Source: Escherichia coli (GTDB taxonomy: Bacteria; Pseudomonadota; Gammaproteobacteria; Enterobacterales; Enterobacteriaceae). Taken from it: a stretch of 64,000 nucleotides of DNA. Shown in pieces: positions 7,714-18,993 of this stretch. Position numbers and translations under genes: made by a program. How positions within the stretch are numbered: position 1 is the stretch's first letter; each line of letters starts with the position of its first letter. The notes beneath the pieces were generated by a model that ran no database searches, had not been told where the DNA came from, and saw nothing but the letters and a program-made list of their open reading frames with translations. Location of the stretch: assembly GCF_048403405.1 (NCBI RefSeq), contig NZ_CP183129.1; one strand, written 5' to 3'.

Positions 7714-8373
7714 ATGGACCTGATTTATTTCCTCATCGATTTTATCCTGCACATTGACGTGCATCTGGCAGAACTGGTCGCGGAGTATGGCGTCTGGGTT
7801 TATGCCATTTTGTTCTTAATTTTGTTCTGTGAAACCGGTCTGGTGGTAACGCCGTTTTTACCGGGTGATTCATTGCTGTTTGTTGCCGGTGCGTTGGCAT
7901 CACTGGAAACCAACGATCTCAACGTCCATATGATGGTGGTGCTGATGCTGATCGCCGCGATTGTGGGTGACGCGGTGAACTACACCATTGGACGGTTATT
8001 TGGTGACAAACTGTTCAGTAATCCGGATTCGAAAATCTTTCGTCGCAGTTATCTTGATAAGACTCATCAGTTTTACGAGAAACATGGCGGCAAAACGATT
8101 ATTCTCGCCCGTTTTGTGCCGATCGTCAGAACGTTCGCGCCGTTCGTTGCGGGAATGGGCCACATGTCGTATCGTCATTTCGCCGCTTTTAACGTCATCG
8201 GCGCGTTGCTATGGGTACTGATTTTTACCTACGCGGGTTATTTCTTCGGAACGCTCCCCTTCATTCAGAGCAACCTTAAACTGATGATTGTTGGCATTAT
8301 TTTTGTTTCAATATTGCCAGGTGTTTTCGAATTTATTCGCCACAAACGCGCTGCGGCACGCGCCGCAAAATAA
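7714..8373 (+). CDS. dedA: DedA-family inner membrane protein
   Basis: 219-aa hydrophobic ORF in the conserved position. Confidence 0.92.
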   Translation: MDLIYFLIDFILHIDVHLAELVAEYGVWVYAILFLILFCETGLVVTPFLPGDSLLFVAGALASLETNDLNVHMMVVLMLIAAIVGDAVNYTIGRLFGDKLFSNPDSKIFRRSYLDKTHQFYEKHGGKTIILARFVPIVRTFAPFVAGMGHMSYRHFAAFNVIGALLWVLIFTYAGYFFGTLPFIQSNLKLMIVGIIFVSILPGVFEFIRHKRAAARAAK

Positions 8374-8528
8374 AAAGTAACTCCGCGGTTCGACCACTTT
8401 TTTATCCAAAGTTTCGGGCTGTTATGTTTTAATGTGCAACATTCATGGTCTGTTGGGGGCAAAAATGGCATTATGCGTCCCCAAAGATAAAACTGGCATC
8501 GAACCAGGTTCAGACAGAAAGGTCCCTA

Positions 8529-9443
8529 ATGAGCTGGATTGAACGAATTAAAAGCAACATTACTCCCACCCGCAAGGCGAGCATTCCTGAAGGGGTGTGG
8601 ACTAAGTGTGATAGCTGCGGTCAGGTTTTATACCGCGCTGAGCTGGAACGTAATCTTGAGGTCTGTCCGAAGTGTGACCATCACATGCGTATGACAGCGC
8701 GTAATCGCCTGCATAGCCTGTTAGATGAAGGAAGCCTTGTGGAGCTGGGTAGCGAGCTTGAGCCGAAAGATGTGCTGAAGTTTCGTGACTCCAAGAAGTA
8801 TAAAGACCGTCTGGCATCTGCGCAGAAAGAAACCGGCGAAAAAGATGCGCTGGTGGTGATGAAAGGCACCCTGTATGGAATGCCGGTTGTCGCTGCGGCA
8901 TTCGAGTTTGCCTTTATGGGCGGTTCCATGGGGTCTGTGGTAGGTGCACGTTTCGTGCGTGCCGTTGAGCAGGCGCTGGAAGATAACTGCCCACTGATCT
9001 GCTTCTCCGCCTCTGGTGGCGCACGTATGCAGGAAGCACTGATGTCGCTGATGCAGATGGCGAAAACCTCTGCGGCGCTGGCAAAAATGCAGGAGCGCGG
9101 CTTGCCGTACATCTCCGTGCTGACCGACCCGACCATGGGTGGTGTTTCTGCAAGTTTCGCCATGCTGGGCGATCTCAACATCGCTGAACCGAAAGCGTTA
9201 ATCGGCTTTGCCGGTCCGCGTGTTATCGAACAGACCGTTCGCGAAAAACTGCCGCCAGGATTCCAGCGCAGTGAATTCCTGATCGAGAAAGGCGCGATCG
9301 ACATGATCGTCCGTCGTCCGGAAATGCGCCTGAAACTGGCGAGCATTCTGGCGAAGTTGATGAATCTGCCAGCGCCGAATCCTGAAGCGCCGCGTGAAGG
9401 CGTAGTGGTGCCACCGGTACCAGATCAGGAACCTGAGGCCTGA
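8529..9443 (+). CDS. accD: acetyl-CoA carboxylase carboxyltransferase beta subunit
   Basis: 304 aa from MSWIERIK..; Cys-x2-Cys zinc finger and carboxyltransferase motifs. The track start at 8445 is an N-terminal over-extension. Confidence 0.94.
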
Positions 9444-9512
9444 TAACTGATAAGGGCAGGGCCACTGGCTCTGCCCTTTTGCTATTCTCACCGTAACGAA
9501 TCAGCGGATACC

Positions 9513-10781
9513 ATGATTATCAAACGCACTCCTCAAGCCGCGTCGCCTCTGGCTTCGTGGCTTTCTTATCTGGAAAACCTGCACAGTAAAACTATCGATC
9601 TCGGCCTTGAGCGCGTGAGCCAGGTCGCGGCGCGTCTTGGCGTCCTGAAACCTGCGCCATTTGTGTTTACCGTTGCGGGTACGAATGGCAAAGGCACCAC
9701 TTGCCGTACGCTGGAGTCGATTCTGATGGCGGCAGGGTACAAAGTGGGCGTCTACAGTTCGCCGCATCTGGTGCGTTATACCGAGCGCGTACGTGTGCAG
9801 GGCCAGGAATTGCCGGAATCGGCCCACACCGCCTCTTTTGCGGAGATTGAATCGGCACGCGGTGATATTTCCCTGACCTATTTCGAGTACGGTACGCTGT
9901 CGGCGTTGTGGCTGTTCAAGCAGGCACAACTTGACGTGGTGATTCTGGAAGTAGGGCTGGGCGGTCGTCTGGACGCAACCAATATTGTCGATGCCGATGT
10001 CGCGGTAGTAACCAGTATTGCGCTGGATCATACCGACTGGCTGGGGCCAGATCGCGAAAGTATTGGTCGCGAGAAAGCAGGTATCTTTCGCAGCGAAAAA
10101 CCGGCAATTGTCGGTGAGCCGGAAATGCCTTCTACCATTGCTGATGTGGCGCAGGAAAAAAGTGCACTGTTACAACGTCGGGGCGTTGAGTGGAACTATT
10201 CCGTCACCGATCATGACTGGGCGTTTAGCGATGCTCACGGCACGCTGGAAAATCTGCCGTTGCCGCTTGTCCCGCAACCGAATGCCGCAACGGCGCTGGC
10301 GGCACTGCGTGCCAGCGGGCTGGAGGTCAGTGAAAATGCCATTCGCGACGGGATTGCCAGCGCAATTTTGCCGGGACGTTTCCAGATTGTGAGCGAGTCG
10401 CCACGTGTTATTTTTGATGTCGCGCATAATCCACATGCGGCGGAATATCTCACCGGGCGTATGAAAGCGCTACCGAAAAACGGGCGCGTGCTGGCGGTTA
10501 TCGGTATGCTACATGATAAAGATATTGCCGGAACTCTGGCCTGGTTGAAAAGCGTGGTTGATGACTGGTATTGTGCGCCACTGGAAGGGCCGCGCGGTGC
10601 CACGGCAGAACAACTGCTTGAGCATTTGGGTAACGGCAAATCATTTGATAGCGTGGCGCAGGCATGGGATGCCGCAATGGCGGACGCTAAAGCGGAAGAT
10701 ACCGTGCTGGTGTGTGGTTCGTTCCACACGGTCGCACATGTCATGGAAGTGATTGACGCGAGGAGAAGCGGTGGCAAGTAA
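9513..10781 (+). CDS. folC: dihydrofolate synthase / folylpolyglutamate synthase
   Basis: 422-aa ORF matching FolC. Confidence 0.94.
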   Translation: MIIKRTPQAASPLASWLSYLENLHSKTIDLGLERVSQVAARLGVLKPAPFVFTVAGTNGKGTTCRTLESILMAAGYKVGVYSSPHLVRYTERVRVQGQELPESAHTASFAEIESARGDISLTYFEYGTLSALWLFKQAQLDVVILEVGLGGRLDATNIVDADVAVVTSIALDHTDWLGPDRESIGREKAGIFRSEKPAIVGEPEMPSTIADVAQEKSALLQRRGVEWNYSVTDHDWAFSDAHGTLENLPLPLVPQPNAATALAALRASGLEVSENAIRDGIASAILPGRFQIVSESPRVIFDVAHNPHAAEYLTGRMKALPKNGRVLAVIGMLHDKDIAGTLAWLKSVVDDWYCAPLEGPRGATAEQLLEHLGNGKSFDSVAQAWDAAMADAKAEDTVLVCGSFHTVAHVMEVIDARRSGGK

Positions 10782-11421
10782 GTTTCAGAATCGGTTAGTG
10801 GGCACGATCGTGCTGGTGGCGCTGGGGGTGATTGTACTTCCAGGGCTGCTGGACGGGCAGAAAAAACATTATCAGGATGAGTTCGCGGCTATCCCGCTGG
10901 TGCCGAAAGCGGGCGATCGCGATGAGCCTGATATGATGCCAGCCGCCACCCAGGCGTTGCCGACGCAGCCGCCGGAAGGCGCAGCGGAAGAGGTGCGGGC
11001 AGGTGATGCCGCAGCACCGTCGCTCGATCCGGCCACTATTGCAGCCAATAACACCGAGTTTGAACCGGAACCTGCACCGGTCGTCCCACCGAAGCCGAAA
11101 CCGGTGGAGCCGCCTAAGCCGAAGGTTGAAGCACCACCTGCGCCGAAGCCGGTCGTGGAAGAAAAAGCAGCGCCAACGGGTAAAGCCTATGTTGTACAAC
11201 TGGGCGCACTGAAAAATGCCGATAAAGTGAATGAGATTGTCGGTAAGCTGCGCGGTGCCGGTTATCGGGTTTATACGTCGCCATCCACGCCAGTGCAGGG
11301 TAAAATTACCCGTATTCTGGTTGGGCCAGATGCCTCGAAAGATAAGCTGAAAGGTTCGCTGGGTGAGTTGAAGCAACTTTCTGGCTTAAGTGGCGTGGTA
11401 ATGGGCTATACGCCGAATTAA
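10771..11421 (+). CDS. dedD: cell-division protein DedD (SPOR domain)
   Basis: GTG start giving ..ASKFQNRLVGTIVLV; proline-rich linker and C-terminal SPOR domain. Overlaps the folC stop. Confidence 0.9.
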   Translation: MASKFQNRLVGTIVLVALGVIVLPGLLDGQKKHYQDEFAAIPLVPKAGDRDEPDMMPAATQALPTQPPEGAAEEVRAGDAAAPSLDPATIAANNTEFEPEPAPVVPPKPKPVEPPKPKVEAPPAPKPVVEEKAAPTGKAYVVQLGALKNADKVNEIVGKLRGAGYRVYTSPSTPVQGKITRILVGPDASKDKLKGSLGELKQLSGLSGVVMGYTPN

Positions 11422-11424
11422 TAC

Positions 11425-11625
11425 GGTCTTGCCTGATGCGACGCTGGCGCGTCTTATCAGTCCTACGCAGGAGTAGAACCGTAGGTCGAATAAGGCGTTC
11501 ACGCCGCATCCGACAGCCGTTGCCTGATGCGACGCTGGCGCGTCTTATCAGGCCTGCGCAGGGGTAGAACCGTAGGTCGAATAAGGCGTTCACGCCGCAT
11601 CCGACACGCATTGCCCGATGCCGCA
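11425..11625. repeat. tandemly duplicated REP/BIME unit (~90 bp, two copies)
   Basis: GCCTGATGCGACGCTGGCGCGTCTTATCAG...CGTAGGTCGAATAAGGCGTTCACGCCGCATCCGACA occurs twice with a few substitutions. Confidence 0.85.
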
Positions 11626-11770
11626 AAGGCATAAAAAGTCGATGGCGTTGAATATTTTTTCAGCGCCATTTTTATTGATGCGTGGGAAGGAAATCCCTAC
11701 GCAAACGTTTTCTTTTTCTGTTAGAATGCGCCCCGAACAGGATGACAGGGCGTAAAATCGTGGAACACAT

Positions 11771-12259
11771 ATGGTCTGGATTGATTACGCCATAATCGCG
11801 GTGATTGCTTTTTCCTCTCTGGTTAGCCTGATCCGCGGCTTTGTTCGTGAAGCGTTATCGCTGGTGACATGGGGTTGTGCTTTCTTTGTTGCCAGTCATT
11901 ACTACACTTACCTGTCAGTCTGGTTTACGGGCTTTGAAGACGAACTGGTTCGAAATGGGATTGCCATCGCGGTACTGTTTATCGCTACCCTGATTGTTGG
12001 TGCTATCGTGAACTTCGTGATAGGCCAGTTGGTGGAGAAAACGGGGTTGTCAGGCACCGATCGGGTGCTGGGCGTCTGTTTCGGTGCGTTGCGCGGTGTG
12101 TTGATTGTTGCCGCCATTCTCTTCTTTCTCGACTCCTTTACCGGGGTGTCGAAAAGCGAAGACTGGAGCAAATCACAGCTGATCCCGCAGTTCAGTTTTA
12201 TCATCAGATGGTTTTTTGATTATCTGCAAAGCTCGTCAAGTTTCTTGCCCAGAGCGTAA
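11771..12259 (+). CDS. cvpA: colicin V production membrane protein
   Basis: 162-aa membrane ORF upstream of purF. Confidence 0.92.
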   Translation: MVWIDYAIIAVIAFSSLVSLIRGFVREALSLVTWGCAFFVASHYYTYLSVWFTGFEDELVRNGIAIAVLFIATLIVGAIVNFVIGQLVEKTGLSGTDRVLGVCFGALRGVLIVAAILFFLDSFTGVSKSEDWSKSQLIPQFSFIIRWFFDYLQSSSSFLPRA

Positions 12260-12295
12260 GTGCTCTGAGATGTGGCTTAACGAGGAAAAAGACGT

Positions 12296-13813
12296 ATGTG
12301 CGGTATTGTCGGTATCGCCGGTGTTATGCCGGTTAACCAGTCGATTTATGATGCCTTAACGGTGCTTCAGCATCGCGGTCAGGATGCCGCCGGCATCATC
12401 ACCATAGATGCCAATAACTGCTTCCGTTTGCGTAAAGCGAACGGGCTGGTGAGCGATGTATTTGAAGCTCGCCATATGCAGCGTTTGCAGGGCAATATGG
12501 GCATTGGTCATGTGCGTTACCCTACGGCTGGCAGCTCCAGCGCCTCTGAAGCGCAGCCGTTTTACGTTAACTCTCCGTATGGCATTACGCTTGCCCACAA
12601 CGGCAATCTGACCAACGCTCACGAGTTGCGTAAAAAACTGTTTGAAGAAAAACGCCGCCACATCAACACCACTTCCGACTCGGAAATTCTGCTTAATATC
12701 TTCGCCAGCGAGCTGGACAACTTCCGCCACTACCCGCTGGAAGCCGACAATATTTTCGCTGCCATTGCTGCCACAAACCGCTTAATCCGCGGCGCGTATG
12801 CCTGCGTGGCGATGATTATCGGCCATGGTATGGTTGCTTTCCGCGATCCTAACGGGATTCGTCCGCTCGTACTGGGAAAACGTGATATTGACGAGAACCG
12901 CACAGAATATATGGTCGCTTCCGAAAGCGTTGCGCTCGATACACTAGGCTTTGATTTCCTGCGTGACGTCGCGCCGGGCGAAGCGATTTACATCACTGAA
13001 GAAGGGCAGTTGTTTACCCGTCAATGTGCTGACAATCCGGTCAGCAATCCGTGCCTGTTTGAGTATGTATACTTTGCTCGCCCGGACTCGTTCATCGACA
13101 AAATTTCCGTTTACAGCGCGCGTGTGAATATGGGCACGAAGCTGGGCGAGAAAATTGCCCGCGAATGGGAAGATCTGGATATCGACGTGGTGATCCCGAT
13201 CCCGGAAACCTCGTGTGATATCGCGCTGGAAATTGCTCGTATTCTGGGCAAACCGTACCGTCAGGGCTTCGTTAAAAACCGCTATGTAGGCCGTACCTTC
13301 ATCATGCCGGGTCAGCAACTGCGTCGTAAGTCCGTGCGCCGTAAACTGAACGCCAACCGCGCCGAGTTCCGCGATAAAAACGTCCTGCTGGTCGACGACT
13401 CCATCGTCCGTGGCACCACTTCTGAGCAGATTATCGAGATGGCACGCGAAGCCGGAGCGAAGAAAGTGTACCTCGCTTCTGCGGCACCGGAGATTCGCTT
13501 CCCGAACGTTTATGGTATTGATATGCCGAGCGCCACGGAACTGATTGCTCACGGTCGCGAAGTAGATGAAATTCGCCAGATCATCGGTGCTGACGGGTTG
13601 ATTTTCCAGGATCTGAACGATCTGATCGAAGCCGTTCGCGCTGAAAACCCGGATATTCAGCAGTTTGAGTGTTCGGTGTTCAACGGCGTCTACGTCACCA
13701 AGGATGTTGATCAGGGCTACCTCGATTTCCTCGATACGTTACGTAATGACGACGCCAAAGCAGTGCAACGTCAGAACGAAGTGGAAAATCTCGAAATGCA
13801 TAACGAAGGATGA
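12296..13813 (+). CDS. purF: amidophosphoribosyltransferase
   Basis: 505 aa, N-terminal MCGIVGI (Ntn Cys1). Confidence 0.95.
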   Translation: MCGIVGIAGVMPVNQSIYDALTVLQHRGQDAAGIITIDANNCFRLRKANGLVSDVFEARHMQRLQGNMGIGHVRYPTAGSSSASEAQPFYVNSPYGITLAHNGNLTNAHELRKKLFEEKRRHINTTSDSEILLNIFASELDNFRHYPLEADNIFAAIAATNRLIRGAYACVAMIIGHGMVAFRDPNGIRPLVLGKRDIDENRTEYMVASESVALDTLGFDFLRDVAPGEAIYITEEGQLFTRQCADNPVSNPCLFEYVYFARPDSFIDKISVYSARVNMGTKLGEKIAREWEDLDIDVVIPIPETSCDIALEIARILGKPYRQGFVKNRYVGRTFIMPGQQLRRKSVRRKLNANRAEFRDKNVLLVDDSIVRGTTSEQIIEMAREAGAKKVYLASAAPEIRFPNVYGIDMPSATELIAHGREVDEIRQIIGADGLIFQDLNDLIEAVRAENPDIQQFECSVFNGVYVTKDVDQGYLDFLDTLRNDDAKAVQRQNEVENLEMHNEG

Positions 13814-13907
13814 TGCCTTCGCTCAGGGTGCCGGTCTGGCACCCTGACTTGCAACTCCCGCCGAAATCCTGCAAAGTCTGCCTGCAAGTCTGACAGGGCA
13901 ACTATTT

Positions 13908-14477
13908 ATGAAACGACTTATTGTGGGCATCAGCGGTGCCAGCGGCGCGATTTATGGCGTGCGCTTATTACAGGTTCTGCGCGATGTCGCAGATGTTGAA
14001 ACGCATCTGGTAATGAGCCAGGCCGCGCGCCAGACCTTATCTCTTGAAACGGATTTTTCCCTGCGCGAAGTGCAGGCATTAGCCGATGTGACGCACGATG
14101 CGCGCGATATTGCTGCCAGCATTTCTTCCGGTTCTTTCCAGACACTGGGGATGGTGATTTTACCCTGTTCAATCAAAACCCTGTCCGGCATTGTCCATAG
14201 CTATACTGATGGCTTACTGACCCGTGCGGCAGATGTGGTGCTGAAAGAGCGTCGCCCGTTGGTGCTCTGCGTACGTGAAACACCATTGCACTTAGGCCAT
14301 CTGCGTTTAATGACTCAGGCAGCAGAAATCGGTGCGGTGATTATGCCTCCCGTTCCGGCGTTTTATCATCGCCCGCAATCCCTTGATGATGTGATAAATC
14401 AGACGGTTAACCGTGTACTCGATCAATTCGCCATAACGCTTCCTGAAGATCTCTTTGCCCGCTGGCAGGGCGCATAA
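13908..14477 (+). CDS. ubiX: flavin prenyltransferase UbiX
   Basis: 189 aa, MKRLIVGISGASGAIYG.. Confidence 0.93.
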   Translation: MKRLIVGISGASGAIYGVRLLQVLRDVADVETHLVMSQAARQTLSLETDFSLREVQALADVTHDARDIAASISSGSFQTLGMVILPCSIKTLSGIVHSYTDGLLTRAADVVLKERRPLVLCVRETPLHLGHLRLMTQAAEIGAVIMPPVPAFYHRPQSLDDVINQTVNRVLDQFAITLPEDLFARWQGA

Positions 14478-14742
14478 CTCCGCTGTTGCCCTGTTTCAGG
14501 GCAATTTTGCAACCGCGATCAAATCCTCGACATTTTGTTCCTTTCGATGAATCGAAACGCTGCGATTCAACCGCCATACCTGCTATCTTCAACTTCAGGA
14601 CAATAATGCAACGTCTTATTAACATATTTAACGTTGAATGTTACTGCTGTCGTAAAGATGGCATAAGACCTGCATGAAAGAGCCTGCAAACACACAACAC
14701 AATACACAACATAAAAAAGCCATTTTCACTTGAGGGTTATGT

Positions 14743-15525
14743 ATGAAGAAGTCGATTCTCGCTCTGTCTTTGTTAGTCGGTCTCTCCGCAGCGGCTTCCA
14801 GCTATGCGGCGCTACCGGAGACGGTACGTATCGGAACTGATACCACCTATGCGCCGTTCTCATCGAAAGATGCCAAAGGTGACTTTGTTGGCTTTGATAT
14901 CGATCTCGGTAACGAGATGTGCAAACGGATGCAGGTGAAATGTACCTGGGTTGCCAGTGACTTTGACGCGCTGATCCCCTCACTGAAAGCGAAAAAAATC
15001 GACGCCATTATTTCGTCGCTTTCCATTACCGATAAACGTCAGCAGGAGATTGCTTTCTCCGACAAGCTGTACGCCGCAGATTCTCGTTTGATTGCCGCCA
15101 AAGGTTCGCCGATTCAGCCAACGCTGGATTCACTGAAAGGTAAACATGTGGGTGTGCTGCAGGGATCAACCCAGGAAGCTTACGCTAACGAGACCTGGCG
15201 TAGCAAAGGCGTGGATGTGGTGGCCTATGCCAACCAGGATTTGGTCTATTCCGATCTGGCTGCAGGACGTCTGGATGCCGCACTGCAGGATGAAGTGGCG
15301 GCCAGCGAAGGTTTCCTCAAGCAACCAGCCGGTAAAGAGTTCGCTTTTGCTGGCTCATCAGTGAAAGACAAAAAATACTTCGGTGACGGTACCGGTGTAG
15401 GGCTACGTAAAGATGATGCCGAACTGACGGCTGCCTTCAATAAGGCGCTTGGCGAGCTGCGTCAGGACGGCACCTACGACAAGATGGCGAAAAAGTATTT
15501 TGACTTTAATGTCTACGGTGACTGA
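14743..15525 (+). CDS. argT: lysine/arginine/ornithine periplasmic binding protein
   Basis: 260 aa with signal peptide; paralog of the downstream hisJ. Confidence 0.93.
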   Translation: MKKSILALSLLVGLSAAASSYAALPETVRIGTDTTYAPFSSKDAKGDFVGFDIDLGNEMCKRMQVKCTWVASDFDALIPSLKAKKIDAIISSLSITDKRQQEIAFSDKLYAADSRLIAAKGSPIQPTLDSLKGKHVGVLQGSTQEAYANETWRSKGVDVVAYANQDLVYSDLAAGRLDAALQDEVAASEGFLKQPAGKEFAFAGSSVKDKKYFGDGTGVGLRKDDAELTAAFNKALGELRQDGTYDKMAKKYFDFNVYGD

Positions 15526-15745
15526 TACGTCGCAGGGAAGCTGTACCTGATGGAATGATCATCATGGTGCACGCCAGGTTTGTTGCACTATCGTGGTGCA
15601 TTGAAATGCATACTTAAGCATTTTTAATGAAAAATAATACGTCTAACGGGGCGGGATATTTTGCCTTGATGGTCAATTTTATGGCACGATAAGTGTAACA
15701 AACCTGTAAATATTCCCTATAAAAAGACTGTCAGTTGAGGACATT

Positions 15746-16528
15746 ATGAAAAAACTGGTGCTATCGCTCTCTCTGGTTCTGGCCTTCTCCAGCGCAACTG
15801 CGGCATTTGCTGCGATTCCGCAAAACATCCGCATCGGTACCGACCCGACCTATGCGCCATTTGAATCAAAAAATTCACAAGGCGAACTGGTTGGCTTCGA
15901 TATCGATCTGGCGAAGGAGTTGTGCAAGCGCATCAATACGCAATGTACGTTTGTCGAAAACCCACTGGATGCGTTAATCCCGTCCTTAAAAGCGAAGAAG
16001 ATTGACGCCATCATGTCATCGCTTTCCATTACGGAAAAACGTCAGCAAGAAATAGCCTTCACCGACAAACTGTACGCTGCCGATTCTCGTCTGGTGGTGG
16101 CGAAAAATTCCGACATTCAGCCGACAGTCGAGTCGCTGAAAGGCAAACGGGTAGGCGTATTGCAGGGCACCACCCAGGAGACGTTCGGTAACGAACACTG
16201 GGCACCAAAAGGCATTGAAATCGTCTCTTATCAGGGGCAGGACAACATTTATTCTGACCTGACTGCCGGACGTATTGATGCCGCGTTCCAGGATGAGGTC
16301 GCTGCCAGCGAAGGTTTCCTCAAACAACCCGTCGGTAAAGATTACAAATTCGGTGGCCCGTCTGTTAAAGATGAAAAACTGTTTGGCGTAGGGACCGGCA
16401 TGGGCCTGCGTAAAGAAGATAACGAACTGCGCGAGGCTCTGAACAAAGCCTTTGCCGAAATGCGCGCTGACGGTACTTACGAGAAATTAGCGAAAAAGTA
16501 CTTCGATTTTGATGTTTATGGTGGTTAA
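15746..16528 (+). CDS. hisJ: histidine periplasmic binding protein
   Basis: 260 aa; conserved argT-hisJQMP order. Confidence 0.93.
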   Translation: MKKLVLSLSLVLAFSSATAAFAAIPQNIRIGTDPTYAPFESKNSQGELVGFDIDLAKELCKRINTQCTFVENPLDALIPSLKAKKIDAIMSSLSITEKRQQEIAFTDKLYAADSRLVVAKNSDIQPTVESLKGKRVGVLQGTTQETFGNEHWAPKGIEIVSYQGQDNIYSDLTAGRIDAAFQDEVAASEGFLKQPVGKDYKFGGPSVKDEKLFGVGTGMGLRKEDNELREALNKAFAEMRADGTYEKLAKKYFDFDVYGG

Positions 16529-16552
16529 TCGCCATCGGTGAAAGAAAGTCCG

Positions 16553-16578
16553 CTCCCTTCGGGTAACCGGAGGGAGAC
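16553..16578 (+). other. intercistronic stem-loop between hisJ and hisQ (9-bp stem, GTAA loop)
   Basis: CTCCCTTCGGGTAACCGGAGGGAG read from the sequence; no T-tract follows. Confidence 0.5.
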
Positions 16579-16617
16579 AAGAGGCGGTAATTCACCACAC
16601 ACGACAGGACAGGCAGC

Positions 16618-17304
16618 ATGTTGTATGGGTTTTCAGGTGTTATTTTACAGGGGGCGCTCGTCACGCTGGAGCTGGCTATCAGCTCTGTAGTGCTCGCTGT
16701 AATCATCGGTTTAATTGGCGCTGGCGGTAAGCTCTCGCAAAATCGGCTTTCGGGGCTGATTTTCGAAGGGTACACCACGCTGATTCGAGGCGTGCCGGAC
16801 TTGGTGTTGATGCTGCTAATTTTCTACGGTTTGCAGATTGCACTAAACACGGTGACGGAGGCGATGGGCGTCGGGCAGATTGATATTGATCCGATGGTCG
16901 CAGGTATTATCACTCTCGGTTTTATCTACGGTGCTTACTTTACCGAAACGTTCCGTGGCGCGTTTATGGCTGTGCCGAAAGGGCATATAGAGGCGGCGAC
17001 GGCGTTCGGTTTTACTCGTGGGCAAGTGTTTCGGCGGATCATGTTTCCGGCGATGATGCGTTACGCCCTGCCAGGCATTGGCAACAACTGGCAGGTGATC
17101 CTCAAATCTACCGCTCTGGTTTCGTTACTTGGCCTGGAAGATGTGGTCAAAGCCACGCAGCTGGCAGGCAAAAGTACCTGGGAACCGTTCTATTTCGCCA
17201 TCGTCTGTGGCGTGATTTACCTGGTTTTCACCACTGTTTCCAATGGTGTGCTGCTGTTCCTTGAGCGCCGCTACTCCGTGGGTGTGAAGAGGGCTGACCT
17301 GTGA
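16618..17304 (+). CDS. hisQ: histidine ABC transporter permease
   Basis: 228-aa membrane ORF. Confidence 0.93.
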   Translation: MLYGFSGVILQGALVTLELAISSVVLAVIIGLIGAGGKLSQNRLSGLIFEGYTTLIRGVPDLVLMLLIFYGLQIALNTVTEAMGVGQIDIDPMVAGIITLGFIYGAYFTETFRGAFMAVPKGHIEAATAFGFTRGQVFRRIMFPAMMRYALPGIGNNWQVILKSTALVSLLGLEDVVKATQLAGKSTWEPFYFAIVCGVIYLVFTTVSNGVLLFLERRYSVGVKRADL

Positions 17305-18017
17305 TCGAAATCTTACATGAATACTGGAAACCGTTGTTGTGGACCGACGGTTATCGCTTTACTGGCGTGGCGATCACTCTGTGGCTGCTTATTTTGTCGG
17401 TAGTGATAGGCGGAGTTCTGGCGCTGTTTCTGGCGATTGGTCGCGTCTCAAGTAATAAATACATCCAGTTTCCAATCTGGTTATTTACCTATATTTTTCG
17501 CGGTACGCCGCTGTATGTTCAGTTGCTGGTGTTCTATTCTGGCATGTATACGCTGGAGATTGTTAAGGGGACCGAGTTCCTTAACGCCTTTTTTCGCAGT
17601 GGCCTGAACTGTACCGTGCTGGCGCTGACGCTTAACACCTGTGCTTACACCACCGAGATTTTTGCCGGAGCGATCCGTTCAGTGCCGCATGGGGAAATCG
17701 AAGCCGCCAGAGCCTATGGCTTCTCGACCTTTAAAATGTATCGCTGCATTATTTTGCCTTCTGCGCTGCGTATTGCGTTACCGGCATACAGCAACGAAGT
17801 GATCCTGATGCTGCACTCTACTGCGTTGGCATTTACTGCCACGGTGCCGGATCTGCTGAAAATAGCCCGCGATATTAACGCCGCCACGTATCAACCTTTT
17901 ACCGCCTTCGGCATTGCCGCGGTGCTCTATTTAATCATCTCTTATGTCCTGATCAGCCTCTTTCGCAGAGCGGAAAAACGCTGGTTGCAGCATGTGAAAC
18001 CTTCTTCAACGCACTGA
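17301..18017 (+). CDS. hisM: histidine ABC transporter permease
   Basis: 238-aa membrane ORF overlapping the hisQ stop. Confidence 0.93.
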   Translation: MIEILHEYWKPLLWTDGYRFTGVAITLWLLILSVVIGGVLALFLAIGRVSSNKYIQFPIWLFTYIFRGTPLYVQLLVFYSGMYTLEIVKGTEFLNAFFRSGLNCTVLALTLNTCAYTTEIFAGAIRSVPHGEIEAARAYGFSTFKMYRCIILPSALRIALPAYSNEVILMLHSTALAFTATVPDLLKIARDINAATYQPFTAFGIAAVLYLIISYVLISLFRRAEKRWLQHVKPSSTH

Positions 18018-18024
18018 GAATACG

Positions 18025-18798
18025 ATGTCCGAGAATAAATTAAACGTTATCGATTTGCACAAACGCTACGGCGAACACGAAGTGCTGAAAGGGGTTTCAC
18101 TGCAAGCGAATGCCGGAGATGTAATTAGCATCATCGGATCGTCGGGATCGGGGAAAAGTACCTTTCTGCGCTGCATTAACTTCCTCGAAAAACCGAGCGA
18201 AGGATCGATCGTGGTCAATGGCCAGACGATCAATCTGGTGCGCGACAAAGATGGTCAACTCAAAGTCGCCGATAAAAATCAGCTGCGCTTACTGCGCACA
18301 CGCCTGACGATGGTATTCCAGCACTTCAATCTCTGGAGCCATATGACGGTGCTGGAAAACGTCATGGAAGCGCCGATTCAGGTGTTGGGCCTGAGCAAGC
18401 AGGAAGCGCGCGAGCGGGCGGTGAAGTATCTGGCAAAAGTCGGGATAGACGAGCGTGCGCAGGGGAAATATCCGGTGCATCTTTCCGGCGGTCAGCAACA
18501 GCGTGTTTCCATCGCAAGGGCGCTGGCAATGGAACCGGAAGTTTTACTATTTGATGAACCTACCTCGGCGCTCGATCCTGAACTGGTAGGCGAAGTGTTA
18601 CGTATTATGCAGCAACTGGCAGAAGAGGGGAAAACCATGGTGGTAGTGACTCACGAAATGGGCTTTGCTCGCCATGTTTCTACTCACGTCATTTTCCTCC
18701 ATCAGGGGAAAATAGAAGAAGAGGGCGCGCCAGAACAGTTATTCGGTAACCCGCAAAGTCCTCGTCTGCAACAGTTCCTTAAAGGTTCGCTGAAATAA
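18025..18798 (+). CDS. hisP: histidine ABC transporter ATP-binding protein
   Basis: 257 aa with Walker [10 protein letters not shown] and LSGGQQQR signature. Confidence 0.95.
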   Translation: MSENKLNVIDLHKRYGEHEVLKGVSLQANAGDVISIIGSSGSGKSTFLRCINFLEKPSEGSIVVNGQTINLVRDKDGQLKVADKNQLRLLRTRLTMVFQHFNLWSHMTVLENVMEAPIQVLGLSKQEARERAVKYLAKVGIDERAQGKYPVHLSGGQQQRVSIARALAMEPEVLLFDEPTSALDPELVGEVLRIMQQLAEEGKTMVVVTHEMGFARHVSTHVIFLHQGKIEEEGAPEQLFGNPQSPRLQQFLKGSLK

Positions 18799-18993
18799 TT
18801 TCCTCTCCGGTGGCTAACGCTGCCGGAGTATTTCATGGGGAATTTGCGAGTCCGCTTCCGCTGAAATGTAAAAGTTGCAGTCCGCTAAAAATAGTTCTGA
18901 ATTCGCTGTCCAAAGATAAAAACTGCCTGCTGCATTGGGTGTAAATCGTGGTTATTGTCGCGTCATCTTAAATTTGAGGGGTGACGGAACGCC

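Noticed and set aside
8445-8528. N-terminal extension of accD in the ORF track
   Set aside because: AccD begins at MSWIERIK (8529); upstream of that is leader sequence.
11425-11625. Possible CRISPR array (repeated units)
   Set aside because: The repeats are about 90-bp REP/BIME units with imperfect palindromes and no regular repeat-spacer structure. No CRISPR array is present anywhere in the window.
14486-14677. 63-aa ORF between ubiX and argT
   Set aside because: It lies in the argT promoter region with no ribosome-binding site and an implausible composition.
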